Source: a virus. Taken from it: 64,000 nt of DNA. Below are positions 19,101 through 28,085 of this stretch, one piece after another; position 1 is the stretch's first letter; each line of letters starts with the position of its first letter. Below the pieces are notes generated by a model, which did not search any database, was not told the DNA's origin, and saw only the letters and a program-made list of their open reading frames with translations. A program made the position numbers and the translations under genes. The stretch is taken from IMG/VR virus record IMGVR_UViG_3300033141_003979, positions 32,001 to 96,000 of that record; one strand, written 5' to 3'.

Positions 19101-21307
19101 TCCTGTGCCCCTTCATGTAAACACCAACCATAATCATCATTCTGAGCATGTATATATGCTTTACCTTTTGTTACATTTTTCTGACCTATGCTATCTATCC
19201 CAGCCGGATCATCAGCATCAATGGCCACATATCCTCCATGATGAACATCCAAATCTTCTACAAAATTATAGAAGGCGGCAAGAATAGGCAAATACCCACC
19301 AGATACCTTATCTAAATGCTCTCTCCACCAATATGCCCCCATGTAAAATGGCTGATGATGAAGTCCACCACCCCATACTAGATTATGCAACCACACCCCA
19401 TCATTTGCATTTCCGTCGAGCCAATCCCCACGATCATCGCCCGTAGCTGCCGGGTCAATTCCGCTTTCACTCATTATAAAAGGTTTGCTTATTTGATCAT
19501 CTAATATATCTAATGACCACGAAATACTCCAATCGTATAAATCACTCCCACAAATGCTATTGATGGTACATTTATCATCAGCCTCGTCGGTATATTCATG
19601 AATGTTAACAACATCTAAATTGATACTAGCGACATTATTATCATAATCAGTTTGACGCCAATAGGTTACTTCCCATACTGAAGTTCCAAGAAGATGTACG
19701 TTGGCTGCGGAGTCGATTGATTTCATATAAACGGCGAAGTCATCAGCAGCAGAATACCAATCAGCATCGTTTGGATGATGCTCATTGCAAAATTCCCAAA
19801 GAAATACAGCAGTAGAGTATCCCCAACGAGCAACACAATAACGCCACCACATTTGAATATGCCATTTTGACTTAGTAGTTAAAGCTTGGTTATAGCCATC
19901 ACCTGTATCCGTCCAACTTCCATCATCCTCATCAAGATGTCTAGGAACCCAATCGTTTTTCTCAAAGATAACATACTGGAGTTTGACCCCTGCTGCTTCC
20001 GCTGCTTCCACCTGTTTATCAAAAAAGAAAGATGGCTTTTGTTCTATAACTCTATGCCTATCTGCGCTTTCGTAACGCATAATTTCTTGATCATATACTC
20101 CATCATCATCTGTATCAGCCTTAATGCTTAACTTAGCTATCCAAACTTCACCATAAGAACAGTTATCAAGGTAGAAACTCAAATAGTCCCCATACGTGGT
20201 GCCATCAGCAACTTGGTGATCAAATGTCACTACTGTTGAGTCCCAATCGGTAGTAGCAATCTCATGCCCAAAACCACCCAAAGTATTGTTGCCCCGGATA
20301 GATTCGTAAAAGAAAGCCCCTGTATAATCACATTTATCATCTCCGGCCGGGAATCCATGAGTCTTTAATGTAAATCCGTGATCTTCTCCTATATCTACAG
20401 GGCCAACTAGACCGACAATTTTATAAATAACTGTCATCTGGTAATCAGGAAAGGTATCTTCTGGACCACCATAATCAACAAAATCATGGGAATATCTCGT
20501 GTTCTCCCAAGGGCCTGTCCATATACCACAAGCACCATCCGTGACAGTAATATACCAAGACAACTCCATATCTGTATATGCTTCTTCAAAGTCCAAGGGC
20601 ATTTCAAACCCTTCGTTGCCTGAACTTTTATCTACCCGGATATAGTCTGCCCACTGATTACAATAAGCTGCTTCCGGTCCCATCCACTGGCGGTGAATAT
20701 TTGCCCCTTTACCATCAAAAGAAGTATAACCAGTTGAAGTTTCCATATCTGCCCCACCTATGGGCCAAAAAATATCTCCACTCCCACTATACTCAAAATA
20801 TCGAGTATCGGTTGCAACCTGGATAAAACCCTTTTTAGTTGGTGCTCGTGCTTCAAATGAGCCTGTGGCAGCAGAGGATGTGCCCCCTACATCTTCAGCA
20901 ACTATTGAGTATTGCCATGTACCGACCTTATCCGGTTTAAACCGAATTTTGAATGAATCGTCATCTAGTTTTTCTGTAAGATGATAATTTGATTGAGGGA
21001 AGGTCCCAGATACCTCCATGTCACGATAATAAAATCCAGGTACGTCATAAGCGACGGAATCAGGGCCAGTCATTGTGCAAGTAACAGTTACTCCTTCCTC
21101 TGGAGTCACATTTTCTGGCTGGCTACCATCTTCAACATAAACCTCATAAGGATTATCAAATGTTCCTGTGAGATCAAAAGTAAGCTCATACTTCTCATAA
21201 CAGTTAACTGGATCTGAGTTCTCCGTTACGTTTGAGATAACAGGCACAGCTCCCCAAGCTAATGTTGGAAACAACATTAGAAATGCAAATATAAATATCT
21301 TTTTCAT
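16139..21307 (-). CDS. ~1720-aa signal-peptide protein: DUF5060-like Ig domain, GH5/clan-A-like TIM barrel, PQQ-type beta-propeller, helical C-domain
   Basis: MKKIFIFAFLMLFPTLAWG signal; YEKYELTF...VPGFY...FKIRFKPDKVGTWQY; RYCVARWGYSTAVFLWEFCNE (acid/base Glu); KPFIMSESG (nucleophile); repeated GKVYALD...G...W propeller blades. Confidence 0.75.
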   Translation of the reverse strand: MKKIFIFAFLMLFPTLAWGAVPVISNVTENSDPVNCYEKYELTFDLTGTFDNPYEVYVEDGSQPENVTPEEGVTVTCTMTGPDSVAYDVPGFYYRDMEVSGTFPQSNYHLTEKLDDDSFKIRFKPDKVGTWQYSIVAEDVGGTSSAATGSFEARAPTKKGFIQVATDTRYFEYSGSGDIFWPIGGADMETSTGYTSFDGKGANIHRQWMGPEAAYCNQWADYIRVDKSSGNEGFEMPLDFEEAYTDMELSWYITVTDGACGIWTGPWENTRYSHDFVDYGGPEDTFPDYQMTVIYKIVGLVGPVDIGEDHGFTLKTHGFPAGDDKCDYTGAFFYESIRGNNTLGGFGHEIATTDWDSTVVTFDHQVADGTTYGDYLSFYLDNCSYGEVWIAKLSIKADTDDDGVYDQEIMRYESADRHRVIEQKPSFFFDKQVEAAEAAGVKLQYVIFEKNDWVPRHLDEDDGSWTDTGDGYNQALTTKSKWHIQMWWRYCVARWGYSTAVFLWEFCNEHHPNDADWYSAADDFAVYMKSIDSAANVHLLGTSVWEVTYWRQTDYDNNVASINLDVVNIHEYTDEADDKCTINSICGSDLYDWSISWSLDILDDQISKPFIMSESGIDPAATGDDRGDWLDGNANDGVWLHNLVWGGGLHHQPFYMGAYWWREHLDKVSGGYLPILAAFYNFVEDLDVHHGGYVAIDADDPAGIDSIGQKNVTKGKAYIHAQNDDYGWCLHEGAQEGAVDCSAGITPTNPNNLTFTMTGMADTDFILEEWDTDTGLINSTDVIESNGDALITIPIAATSDDVAYKIYLPEWPTRGGSMDRHYFVPYDLELDSGVLNLRWRRFLGERIEIEAEPVVVGDVVYIGLMNGKVYALDTSDGTTDWSYPCGGALPSALTVDRDKDNNLRILAASTDGYLYCLSDAGNLIWSADTGDSLWVTPAVHNNKVFVGNIGGNFKAYDFSTGVLLWTYPADSPISCTAAIGEVETTPIESAIFFQSGANTAYALRENGTELWTATMKGVFTKRTMAVYGKGDGGTKVVIFVTRKPGNDYSFVGENAPNALLYDTEPVGYKAIATVLSEYNTYYTAYGERRPLFYFNATDGTDLWSGSAYTPLYLGYWGLYTPVISNDGYAYFVPYGGAYTDPLDHDDRLVKVDLDDGSCIQIADEDDSPTFVMRPDEIGRYTLVNDRFYQTLSEDIGYYDIETPALNTTVYGDGFGTHRKPLLIDSTPTTIYPDGMHKFFTRFGCSTTGGIGGANDSVSPVVVAGNEVFWVSWGHLFCLTHESPEASNTYDPLDLFVAPPDLGLSRNNVKTLLNAVVQDIVDDDAHLDPATQMFWAQSSTAPEEVFWKDGEVLRTLSDALPYLEEPLKANTILYLSNLVDTYILDSNLYAYVWGCLDYDTHSLETTCNNTSPYRRWRWSNRNDIADRIYGLYKYCQRSDDWAKLDEALGGGDVWDFVVDTMYALFDNDANHTWEADSGFFEWVTWTSGNFHPVKQVAAMYAMIEMANYRGDAATEAEVQGYYDDMITAWFTTCNDAATGWVNFARAAHPGTDDNYTDWEDWGYSQGLSPMPAEGNLTATNDFRQVHDIDSTQSYSSWVAKAPFRLHGFDPIIPELGATIQSNASDIVSDFMASVEKYNPWWYMGDFSHAVIVGSNEIDSSSPALAADMFQAKIYIQDELFEDMVNYLPWKFEDYDYKDMFYIQNLTALLGADYEDTVVMILTP

Positions 21308-21323
21308 CAGTTTTTTCAAATCT

Positions 21324-22019
21324 CTAATCCGTCAAATCAAGTGTACTTTCTTCTGCCCTATCTCCATCCGATCCCACATTAAGTTGGATCAGCATATTTT
21401 TCCCGTCTCCAATATTCCTATAAGTAATATCCCAATCCTCTGCCCCATTCTTTACCACACTTGTCTTGCCTGCAATGAAGGCAGAAAAAAGCCTCATCAA
21501 ATCACTGTGAGAATATGTACCTTCAATATCTTCATCCATAAATGCATCTACTACAGTTGCTGTAGTGTCAAGAAGGTCGGCATCCACAGCATCCCCTCCG
21601 AAAGTGCCATCCCCTGTATGAGAAGCACGATTAGCATCCCATATCAATGTCGATGGTGCAGTATTATAATCAGGAGCAGTTGTCCATGTCGCACGGGGGC
21701 AACCATAACATTGAATGTTTCCTGTTGAACTTTCTGGCATCATTGCTACATAATCGCCATTAGTTTCATCTGCGTCTATATCAAAAGCATAATACCCATC
21801 TTCTAATTCTGTGGGATTTGCATCAGTCACAGCAACCCCTGCCACTCCATCAATACTAACTTCTGCTGTGATCTGTGCCGCATCTCCTGCTTTTGCCGTA
21901 TGGTCTGTTTCATCAAAGCAAAATACTACCCACTTTTGACTGGCTACATTCTTTTCAAGAGCGAAAGAATGGGAGCAAAATGCAAAGATTAAAAACAATG
22001 CAAAAATTATTCTCTTCAT
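21324..22019 (-). CDS. Phage structural-module protein with N-terminal signal peptide
   Basis: MKRIIFALFLIFAFCSHSFA; NPTELEDGYYAFD...ETNGD; C-terminal LMRLFSAFIAGKTS...ITYRN...DGDR. Confidence 0.65.
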   Translation of the reverse strand: MKRIIFALFLIFAFCSHSFALEKNVASQKWVVFCFDETDHTAKAGDAAQITAEVSIDGVAGVAVTDANPTELEDGYYAFDIDADETNGDYVAMMPESSTGNIQCYGCPRATWTTAPDYNTAPSTLIWDANRASHTGDGTFGGDAVDADLLDTTATVVDAFMDEDIEGTYSHSDLMRLFSAFIAGKTSVVKNGAEDWDITYRNIGDGKNMLIQLNVGSDGDRAEESTLDLTD

Positions 22020-22023
22020 AGTA

Positions 22024-22689
22024 CTACCTCACCATTACATCTACCGTGCGAAATAAATCCAACAATGGCCGTGCCTCAGGTGGTGGGTTCTTGCTATCTA
22101 AAACCCTCGTCGCCTGAATCGTTGCCGCCCATAATTTTATAGCATCCCGAATTGGGGCGGGCACATCAGGAGGATCAGGCCCATAGCCTGCTACATACCG
22201 AATCAAGTACCCTCCATAATCCCGTACCGTATTGGAAGGAGCAGTTACAGACTTCTTCAATACCAGTTTGCCAGGCGTTCCCTCAGTGATGACATAATAA
22301 TTGTCCGAATCATATTCTGTCTCAGTATCATCTTCATCTAATGTCGCCACCTTAGTCACAGAGATTAACGGAGGCTGAGGCAATTTGATCACCATACTTG
22401 GCCAATAATCCATCTTCATATCGATGGTCCGGGAGATCAAGGATCTACCAAGATATTCTTCGGTTGCGACACGTGCTGCCATAATGAAACCTTCCAGCAA
22501 CGAGTCCTCATCAGTCACATCAGCCAATCTGCCAAATTCTTTTAACACACCCAATGTAACAGGTTCAACAACAGGGATGGTTGAAACCGACCATACCCTA
22601 TTGCCATGACCAGGAAGGGCTTTTGTAATCAGCCTTCCAGTCTTCCTATCCAGACCGCCATAGGCTAGTTGTGCTAAATCAGTTTCCAC
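22024..22689 (-). CDS. Head-tail connector (phiE125 gp8 / gp6-like)
   Basis: VEPVTL...EDSLLEGFIMAARVATEEYLGRSLISRT...IRYVAGYG...DVPAPIRDAI. Confidence 0.85.
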   Translation of the reverse strand: METDLAQLAYGGLDRKTGRLITKALPGHGNRVWSVSTIPVVEPVTLGVLKEFGRLADVTDEDSLLEGFIMAARVATEEYLGRSLISRTIDMKMDYWPSMVIKLPQPPLISVTKVATLDEDDTETEYDSDNYYVITEGTPGKLVLKKSVTAPSNTVRDYGGYLIRYVAGYGPDPPDVPAPIRDAIKLWAATIQATRVLDSKNPPPEARPLLDLFRTVDVMVR

Positions 22690-22700
22690 AGCCTCCTCCT

Positions 22701-23141
22701 CTACTTAGCAAGTCCAGCCCTGATCTTTTCCGCTTCCTCTTCTGTCAATCCACTTTGAGCCACTTTGATAGAAATCCCCAATGCCCTGGCCTTTTTTATG
22801 ACTTTCTTAGAAGGTATCCCAAGCTCATCAGCCAACTGATAAACCCGCGTTACTGTGGAATTTTCCTCAAGGCTTTTACCACTTACAGCTTCTGCTTCTT
22901 CTTCCGTCTTAGCAGAAACGGTTCCAGCAACTTTATTTTCTGGTACATCCTTAACCATTTTATTCTCAGGAGCTTCTGGCTCTGCCTTTCTCACTCTGAC
23001 AATCTCGGCAACCCCCATGTGTCCTATGAAAGCCTTAGCAAGGTCTTCGGTCACATCATATTCTAGATCCTTCAAAAAATACGTGACAGTAAACCCGTCA
23101 AGGCTCCCTTTGTCATCTCGGAGCATTCTAATTCTAGGCAT
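22701..23141 (-). CDS. Neck-region protein with C-terminal IF-2 N-terminal-like domain
   Basis: APENKM motif typical of post-capsid small genes; TRVYQLADELGIPSKKVIKKARALGISIKVAQSGLTEEEAEKIR matches the IF2_N pattern. Confidence 0.7.
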   Translation of the reverse strand: MPRIRMLRDDKGSLDGFTVTYFLKDLEYDVTEDLAKAFIGHMGVAEIVRVRKAEPEAPENKMVKDVPENKVAGTVSAKTEEEAEAVSGKSLEENSTVTRVYQLADELGIPSKKVIKKARALGISIKVAQSGLTEEEAEKIRAGLAK

Positions 23142-23166
23142 AACAAACCTCCTATCAAATTAAAAG

Positions 23167-23817
23167 TTAAACCGCTGGCTCTTCAATCACACAAACCCCA
23201 ACGTCACTTACTGAAAATCCATTATCTATGATCGCCCAAACTCCATCCTCAACCCCAACTAAGCGAAGAAACGCTCGACTATCTGCGGAGGCGGTTAGGA
23301 TAATGGCAGACAAGGCATCTTCACTATGCCCGATGAGGCCAACCCCACTAATATTGAGGGTACTAGTTTCACCAGATGCAAAAATATGGATACTCCCAGC
23401 TTCACAATCACCCCGGATCATAAGAACTAACTCTTCTCCTTGATGAGCCGAAGGCAATCTTGCGGATGCCGCAGATTGATCATCATTAATAGAAAAAACA
23501 ATATATCCCTGCATGGATGGAAGAACAGGGGGAGATGATCCTCCCATTGCTGAAAGTTTTTCACTTGCAACATCAACAGGTCCAATGATTGACCATCGTC
23601 CCCTACCCGCCAGAAAATTAAACATTCGAGCAGCAGAAATAGTCTCATCATTCATAAAAAACTCAAAACCTTCTTCACAACTAAAATAGCCGACGCTATT
23701 TCCCATCAACTCGCCGCCAGACCAAAGAGTACAGGCACCATCACTTCCAATATGATGGGTATCTCCTGGCCTTTGGCGAAATACATCTGTCTGATATGTT
23801 ATATCTTCGGTTGCCAT
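23167..23817 (-). CDS. Head decoration/fibre-like protein, paralog B3
   Basis: MATEDITYQTDVF...GEELVL...RAFLRLVG...WAII, shared with the next two genes. Confidence 0.6.
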   Translation of the reverse strand: MATEDITYQTDVFRQRPGDTHHIGSDGACTLWSGGELMGNSVGYFSCEEGFEFFMNDETISAARMFNFLAGRGRWSIIGPVDVASEKLSAMGGSSPPVLPSMQGYIVFSINDDQSAASARLPSAHQGEELVLMIRGDCEAGSIHIFASGETSTLNISGVGLIGHSEDALSAIILTASADSRAFLRLVGVEDGVWAIIDNGFSVSDVGVCVIEEPAV

Positions 23818-23841
23818 AACACAAAGCCTCCTATCTAAAAA

Positions 23842-24495
23842 TTAAACTCCCTGAGTCACTATACTTCCTCCATCTCCCATTTCTCCGCCTTGATTTACAA
23901 TTGCCCATGTGCCATCTTCAGGACAAACAAGTCGAAGAAAAGCCGCACTAGCAACAGATGCTGTCATAAGAAGGCTTGTCAATTGCCCCTCATCACTCAT
24001 CCCTATTACTATTGGGCTAGCAAGAACGGAGTCAGAAAAATGCATAGTAAGCGCAGTAGAATCCCCTGTCCCCCTCATCTGGATGACTAATTCTTCTCCC
24101 TTATATCCACGAGCTAAACGGCAAGACAGCTGATGATTGTTCTCCGTCTGAACCATCGAAAGAAAAAAGTATCCTATACGAGAAGGCAAAATTGGCGGTT
24201 GTGAATCAGCCGGGGCTCCAGCAGATAAAGTCGTGCCTGACAAAATCAATACAGACCACTGATTTCTGCCTGTCAGATAGTTCCTCATAACCTGAGCGGT
24301 GACAAAATCTTCTCGAACCCCAAAATTGAAATCTGATAAACAACTCATCGTTGTACTATCAGTGCAATTTATCATCCCTCCAGATTCTACAACAAGGGCA
24401 CCAGATGTCGCAACAGTATATCCACTTACCGTCCTTCCATCCCCATCAGATACCCGCTGATAAACTTTAGTTGTGTATGTATTGTCTTGTGCCAT
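23842..24495 (-). CDS. Head decoration/fibre-like protein, paralog B2
   Basis: Start corrected to MAQDNTYTTKVYQ (RBS GGGAGGG). Confidence 0.6.
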   Translation of the reverse strand: MAQDNTYTTKVYQRVSDGDGRTVSGYTVATSGALVVESGGMINCTDSTTMSCLSDFNFGVREDFVTAQVMRNYLTGRNQWSVLILSGTTLSAGAPADSQPPILPSRIGYFFLSMVQTENNHQLSCRLARGYKGEELVIQMRGTGDSTALTMHFSDSVLASPIVIGMSDEGQLTSLLMTASVASAAFLRLVCPEDGTWAIVNQGGEMGDGGSIVTQGV

Positions 24496-24509
24496 AAGTC
24501 CCTCCCTTT

Positions 24510-25175
24510 TTACACTAGTTTTCGTTCTACCACTTGATTGCCAGTTCCCGTTGCCTGAGTATTGCCTATAATAGCCCAACAACCAGCATCGATCCCAAGC
24601 AAACGGACAAAGGCACGAGACGCAGCAGAAGCATATAGCAAAAGGCTGCTAAGTTGATCACCTGATGTTCCCATTATACTGACACCAGTGAAGTTTTTTG
24701 CACTGTCAAAAGATGAACAACGAAGTATCATACTAACCCCATCGCCTGCCTCTCCTCTAAGAATTATACATAATTCTTCACCCGAATACGCTGAATGAAG
24801 ATTTGCAGAATAGGCATCATCGTTTGCCAAAGAAAATACAATGAATCCTGTCCGAGATGGAGTAACCGGGGCTGCATTGACCCCATTAAAAGAAGTAATA
24901 TTTGGCCCCATTGTTGCTGAAATTTCACCAGCCGCCGAATTAACAACAACTGACCATCTCCCTTTGCCCATCAATGCGTTCCGCATCCGATCAGTAAAAA
25001 AAGTCTCCCCGGCAAGAAAGAAATCAAAAGCAGCAGAACAAGCCATTGACCCTCCGCTGAGGCCCGTTATTGCCCCATCGGATTCAACAGTAAGATCTCC
25101 ACTACTTCCAATTTCTAAATCATTTCCTCCGTGGGGCTGATACACATTTGTTTGATAAGTATCATCTTGAGGCAT
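24510..25175 (-). CDS. Head decoration/fibre-like protein, paralog B1
   Basis: MPQDDTYQTNVYQ...GEELCI...RAFVRLLG...WAII. Confidence 0.6.
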   Translation of the reverse strand: MPQDDTYQTNVYQPHGGNDLEIGSSGDLTVESDGAITGLSGGSMACSAAFDFFLAGETFFTDRMRNALMGKGRWSVVVNSAAGEISATMGPNITSFNGVNAAPVTPSRTGFIVFSLANDDAYSANLHSAYSGEELCIILRGEAGDGVSMILRCSSFDSAKNFTGVSIMGTSGDQLSSLLLYASAASRAFVRLLGIDAGCWAIIGNTQATGTGNQVVERKLV

Positions 25176-25202
25176 AACAATCCTCCTCCTTTATTCAGGT
25201 TA

Positions 25203-25224
25203 GGTTAGGGCCGAAGCCCTAACC
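25203..25224 (-). promoter_or_regulatory. Intergenic C(UUCG)G tetraloop hairpin (stabiliser or weak terminator)
   Basis: GGTTAGGGC-TTCG-GCCCTAACC is a perfect 9-bp stem on the minus strand, with no U-tract. Confidence 0.7.
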
Positions 25225-25241
25225 ATCCCATTATTTCGTTC

Positions 25242-25844
25242 CTAAACAACCCCTAATGTCGTATCATGTTTGACAAAGTTAATCGGCCAATCGGCCTCTA
25301 ACCCCTGAATGGCATAACAGGCAACTGTAACCCCGTCAACATTTCCAGCATTACTCACTGAAAGTAAATTACGGACCCATCGTTTCTTGCCTATATAACC
25401 CGCAGCATATACACGAGACATGGCATCAGAAATTGAAGCTACCTGAACTCCCCATGCTCCCCATGTCCCTGATGCTGGGCCACCACCCTCTGAACCAGTC
25501 TGCATCAATGCATAAGAAGCGCTTAAATAATCTGACCACTGCCCACTATGGGTTACATCAATAAGCATATGTGAGGCTTGGCAATTTGCCCATATAACAG
25601 TCCCTGCATCATTGCTTTCCCCATGCTCCATCCGAATCCAAAAACCGGAATCGAAATCCATGCTTATATCGCCAGATGCTTCCCCGGATGCTTCATTCCA
25701 AGCAAAAAGAAAAGTTAATGTCTCATACCCCATCATATCAACTGTGGCCCCTGTAACAGTTGCCGCTGCCGCAGGTTCATAAACCTGTGGACTCATGTGT
25801 TCAAAAAATCTAAAGTTTGAATAACCATCTCGTACTCCACCCAT
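25242..25844 (-). CDS. Capsid cement/decoration-like protein, paralog A2
   Basis: Start corrected to MGGVRDGYSNFRFFE; TGATVDMMGYETLTF...GYIGKKRWVR. Confidence 0.65.
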   Translation of the reverse strand: MGGVRDGYSNFRFFEHMSPQVYEPAAAATVTGATVDMMGYETLTFLFAWNEASGEASGDISMDFDSGFWIRMEHGESNDAGTVIWANCQASHMLIDVTHSGQWSDYLSASYALMQTGSEGGGPASGTWGAWGVQVASISDAMSRVYAAGYIGKKRWVRNLLSVSNAGNVDGVTVACYAIQGLEADWPINFVKHDTTLGVV

Positions 25845-25869
25845 AATATAGTCCTCCTTATCTTCTCTT

Positions 25870-25904
25870 TGAGACAGGCTGAAGACTTTTTCCAACCTGC
25901 CTCA
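25870..25904 (-). promoter_or_regulatory. Intergenic 14-bp hairpin
   Basis: UGAGGCAGGUUGGA-AAAAGUC-UUCAGCCUGUCUCA; the G-U pairs work only on the minus (mRNA) strand. Confidence 0.6.
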
Positions 25905-25924
25905 TTTCAATTAAAAATTGCCTG

Positions 25925-26524
25925 TTATCCAACATTGCGTTCAAAGTTAACAGGCCAATCAGCTTCTTTGCCAAGTATTGCAATTCCAGCAAGAGCGACC
26001 GTACTTGTATCACCAGCATTACTAACTGACACTACAAGCCGTACCCATCTCTCACTACCAATATAACCTGCCGCAAAAGCCTGAGATTCCCAATAACTCT
26101 GCAAATCTGCACTCACTCCACCAAGGCAGAAGAATGTACCAGCGGTCAATCCAGAACCAGCATTGCTCACATTCAGGACTCCCATACTTCCACTTATAAA
26201 TCCTGAAGTATTCGCTCCAGCAGCAGCTCCACTTAATCGCAAATCAACGAGAATGTGTTCCGCAGAGCAATTTGCCCATATAACAGTGCCGGCGACATTA
26301 CTTGCTCCATGCTGCATCCGAATCCAAGCACAAGAAGTTACGGAAATCTGTGCAGAAGCTTCTCTTGATCCTTCCCCACCATGAACAACAAAGGTTACTG
26401 TTTCATATCCTTGCCTATCAACAGTTGCCCCAGTCAAGCTAGCAAAAGTTGTTCCATCATAAGTTGATGGTGCAAGGGCTTCAAAGAACTTGAAATTACT
26501 GAAACCGTCTCTTACTCCACCCAT
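25925..26524 (-). CDS. Capsid cement/decoration-like protein, paralog A1
   Basis: Directly after the major capsid gene; MGGVRDGFSNFKFFE...TGATVDRQGYETVTF...GYIGSERWVR. Confidence 0.65.
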   Translation of the reverse strand: MGGVRDGFSNFKFFEALAPSTYDGTTFASLTGATVDRQGYETVTFVVHGGEGSREASAQISVTSCAWIRMQHGASNVAGTVIWANCSAEHILVDLRLSGAAAGANTSGFISGSMGVLNVSNAGSGLTAGTFFCLGGVSADLQSYWESQAFAAGYIGSERWVRLVVSVSNAGDTSTVALAGIAILGKEADWPVNFERNVG

Positions 26525-26576
26525 AATATTGCCTCCTTATCTTGTATAATTGGTTGCATTATCTGCATAACCAAAA

Positions 26577-28043
26577 CTATACGGCAATATTGCCAAGTTT
26601 AATTGCTTGATAGTTGACGACATCGCCACCAACTCGCTTCCGGGTATAGAACTCAACCATCGGTTTAACGGTAAATGGATCTCTTTGAATGGTGACTCCA
26701 AGACGATCAACGATCATATAAGCCTCTGTCCAATCGGCTAATGCCACAGCTCTAATACCAGCAGCAACAGCAGGCATCGTAGTACTCATTCGCACCGGCA
26801 GGCCCAAGATGGTACTTGTTGCATCGTCCTGAAAACCAGGCTTCCAAATATAGCGCCCTGCACCATCTTTAAGATACATTGCATCAGCCACAGTGCCCCT
26901 GTTCATTACCCAAGTGCCTCGATTCAAATACTGCTCAACCAGGCTATACTTGACTGCAATAAATCCATCGGCGGTAAGGGCCGCAGCGGCTCGCATATTG
27001 GTTCGTTCTATGGCACCCCACTGATCAACTCCAGCGGTGGTATAATTGTTGTAGGTATTAAAGCCTCTAGGCTTACCTACCCCATCGCCAGTAACAAATG
27101 CAACTCCCTCACCTCTGATAAAGCGGCTAGCTACCTTATCAGCCAACCAGTTTTCAATGTTAATCCCTGAGTCCTCAAGCAATGTCTGACTTGCCCTCGG
27201 CTTGGCATACATCACATGAACCGGAATGCGTTTCTTATAAAGCTGAGGAGTTGTAGTCTCTGCTCCTGCTTCAGTCTCGCCTTCCCATCCCCAACCGGCC
27301 TCATCGAAATCAACCATGAACTCGATGGCGCCTGTAGTAATAGATTCCACCGTAGCAAGCTGACGAATGGGATCAACCTCATACAGCCGCTTGGTAATAC
27401 GAGAACTCATATAAGGAGTAACGGTATATCCACCATCAGGATCGATGGCGACCGTCAGGGCCTTAACATTTGTAGGATCAAGCAGCCTTTCATCCTTACG
27501 GAGAAAGGAAATAAGTGCTTTGCGATATGCTCGAAATGCCTCTACATCGGGTTTTATCGCATCTTCTTGATCTGATGTAACCCCAACCCCATCCTTTTGA
27601 ACCACTAAGGCATTAAACTGAAAATCCCTGGCATCCTTCTGTTCCTGAGCAATTGCATCTGCCGACTGTGCCCCGCCCAACGGGACTCGCTTCATGGCTG
27701 CCTCAACGGCATCAATCCGCTTGGTCGCCAACTCATCCAACTTCGCCATAATGTCAGTCTCGACCTTAGCATTAGCATCTGCAATGTCCTTGGCATTCTT
27801 TACATCCAATGCATCCTGCCGGGTTGTAATGTCTTCGGTTAATTTTACGGCCTGTGCTTTGACAAGAACATCCATTCCGTTGTCTTTCTCATCGACCAAC
27901 TTCTTCAAATCTTCATGAGCCTTGCGAAGTTCATCATAATTGGCCTTGGTGTTTTCGCCCAGTTTTTCAATCTCTGCTTTAACAAGCTTTACAACCTCAG
28001 GCTCTTTGGCTCCGCCTGCATCTTTCGTCAAATACTTATCCAT
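26577..28043 (-). CDS. Major capsid protein, HK97 family
   Basis: Coiled-coil delta domain; DPDGGYTV, ASQTLLEDS, FVTGDGVGKPRGF, GRYIWKPG, FYTRKRVGGDV. Confidence 0.95.
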   Translation of the reverse strand: MDKYLTKDAGGAKEPEVVKLVKAEIEKLGENTKANYDELRKAHEDLKKLVDEKDNGMDVLVKAQAVKLTEDITTRQDALDVKNAKDIADANAKVETDIMAKLDELATKRIDAVEAAMKRVPLGGAQSADAIAQEQKDARDFQFNALVVQKDGVGVTSDQEDAIKPDVEAFRAYRKALISFLRKDERLLDPTNVKALTVAIDPDGGYTVTPYMSSRITKRLYEVDPIRQLATVESITTGAIEFMVDFDEAGWGWEGETEAGAETTTPQLYKKRIPVHVMYAKPRASQTLLEDSGINIENWLADKVASRFIRGEGVAFVTGDGVGKPRGFNTYNNYTTAGVDQWGAIERTNMRAAAALTADGFIAVKYSLVEQYLNRGTWVMNRGTVADAMYLKDGAGRYIWKPGFQDDATSTILGLPVRMSTTMPAVAAGIRAVALADWTEAYMIVDRLGVTIQRDPFTVKPMVEFYTRKRVGGDVVNYQAIKLGNIAV

Positions 28044-28085
28044 AACCAAATCCTCCCTTTTCCAACTTACTATTAATTGATATGC

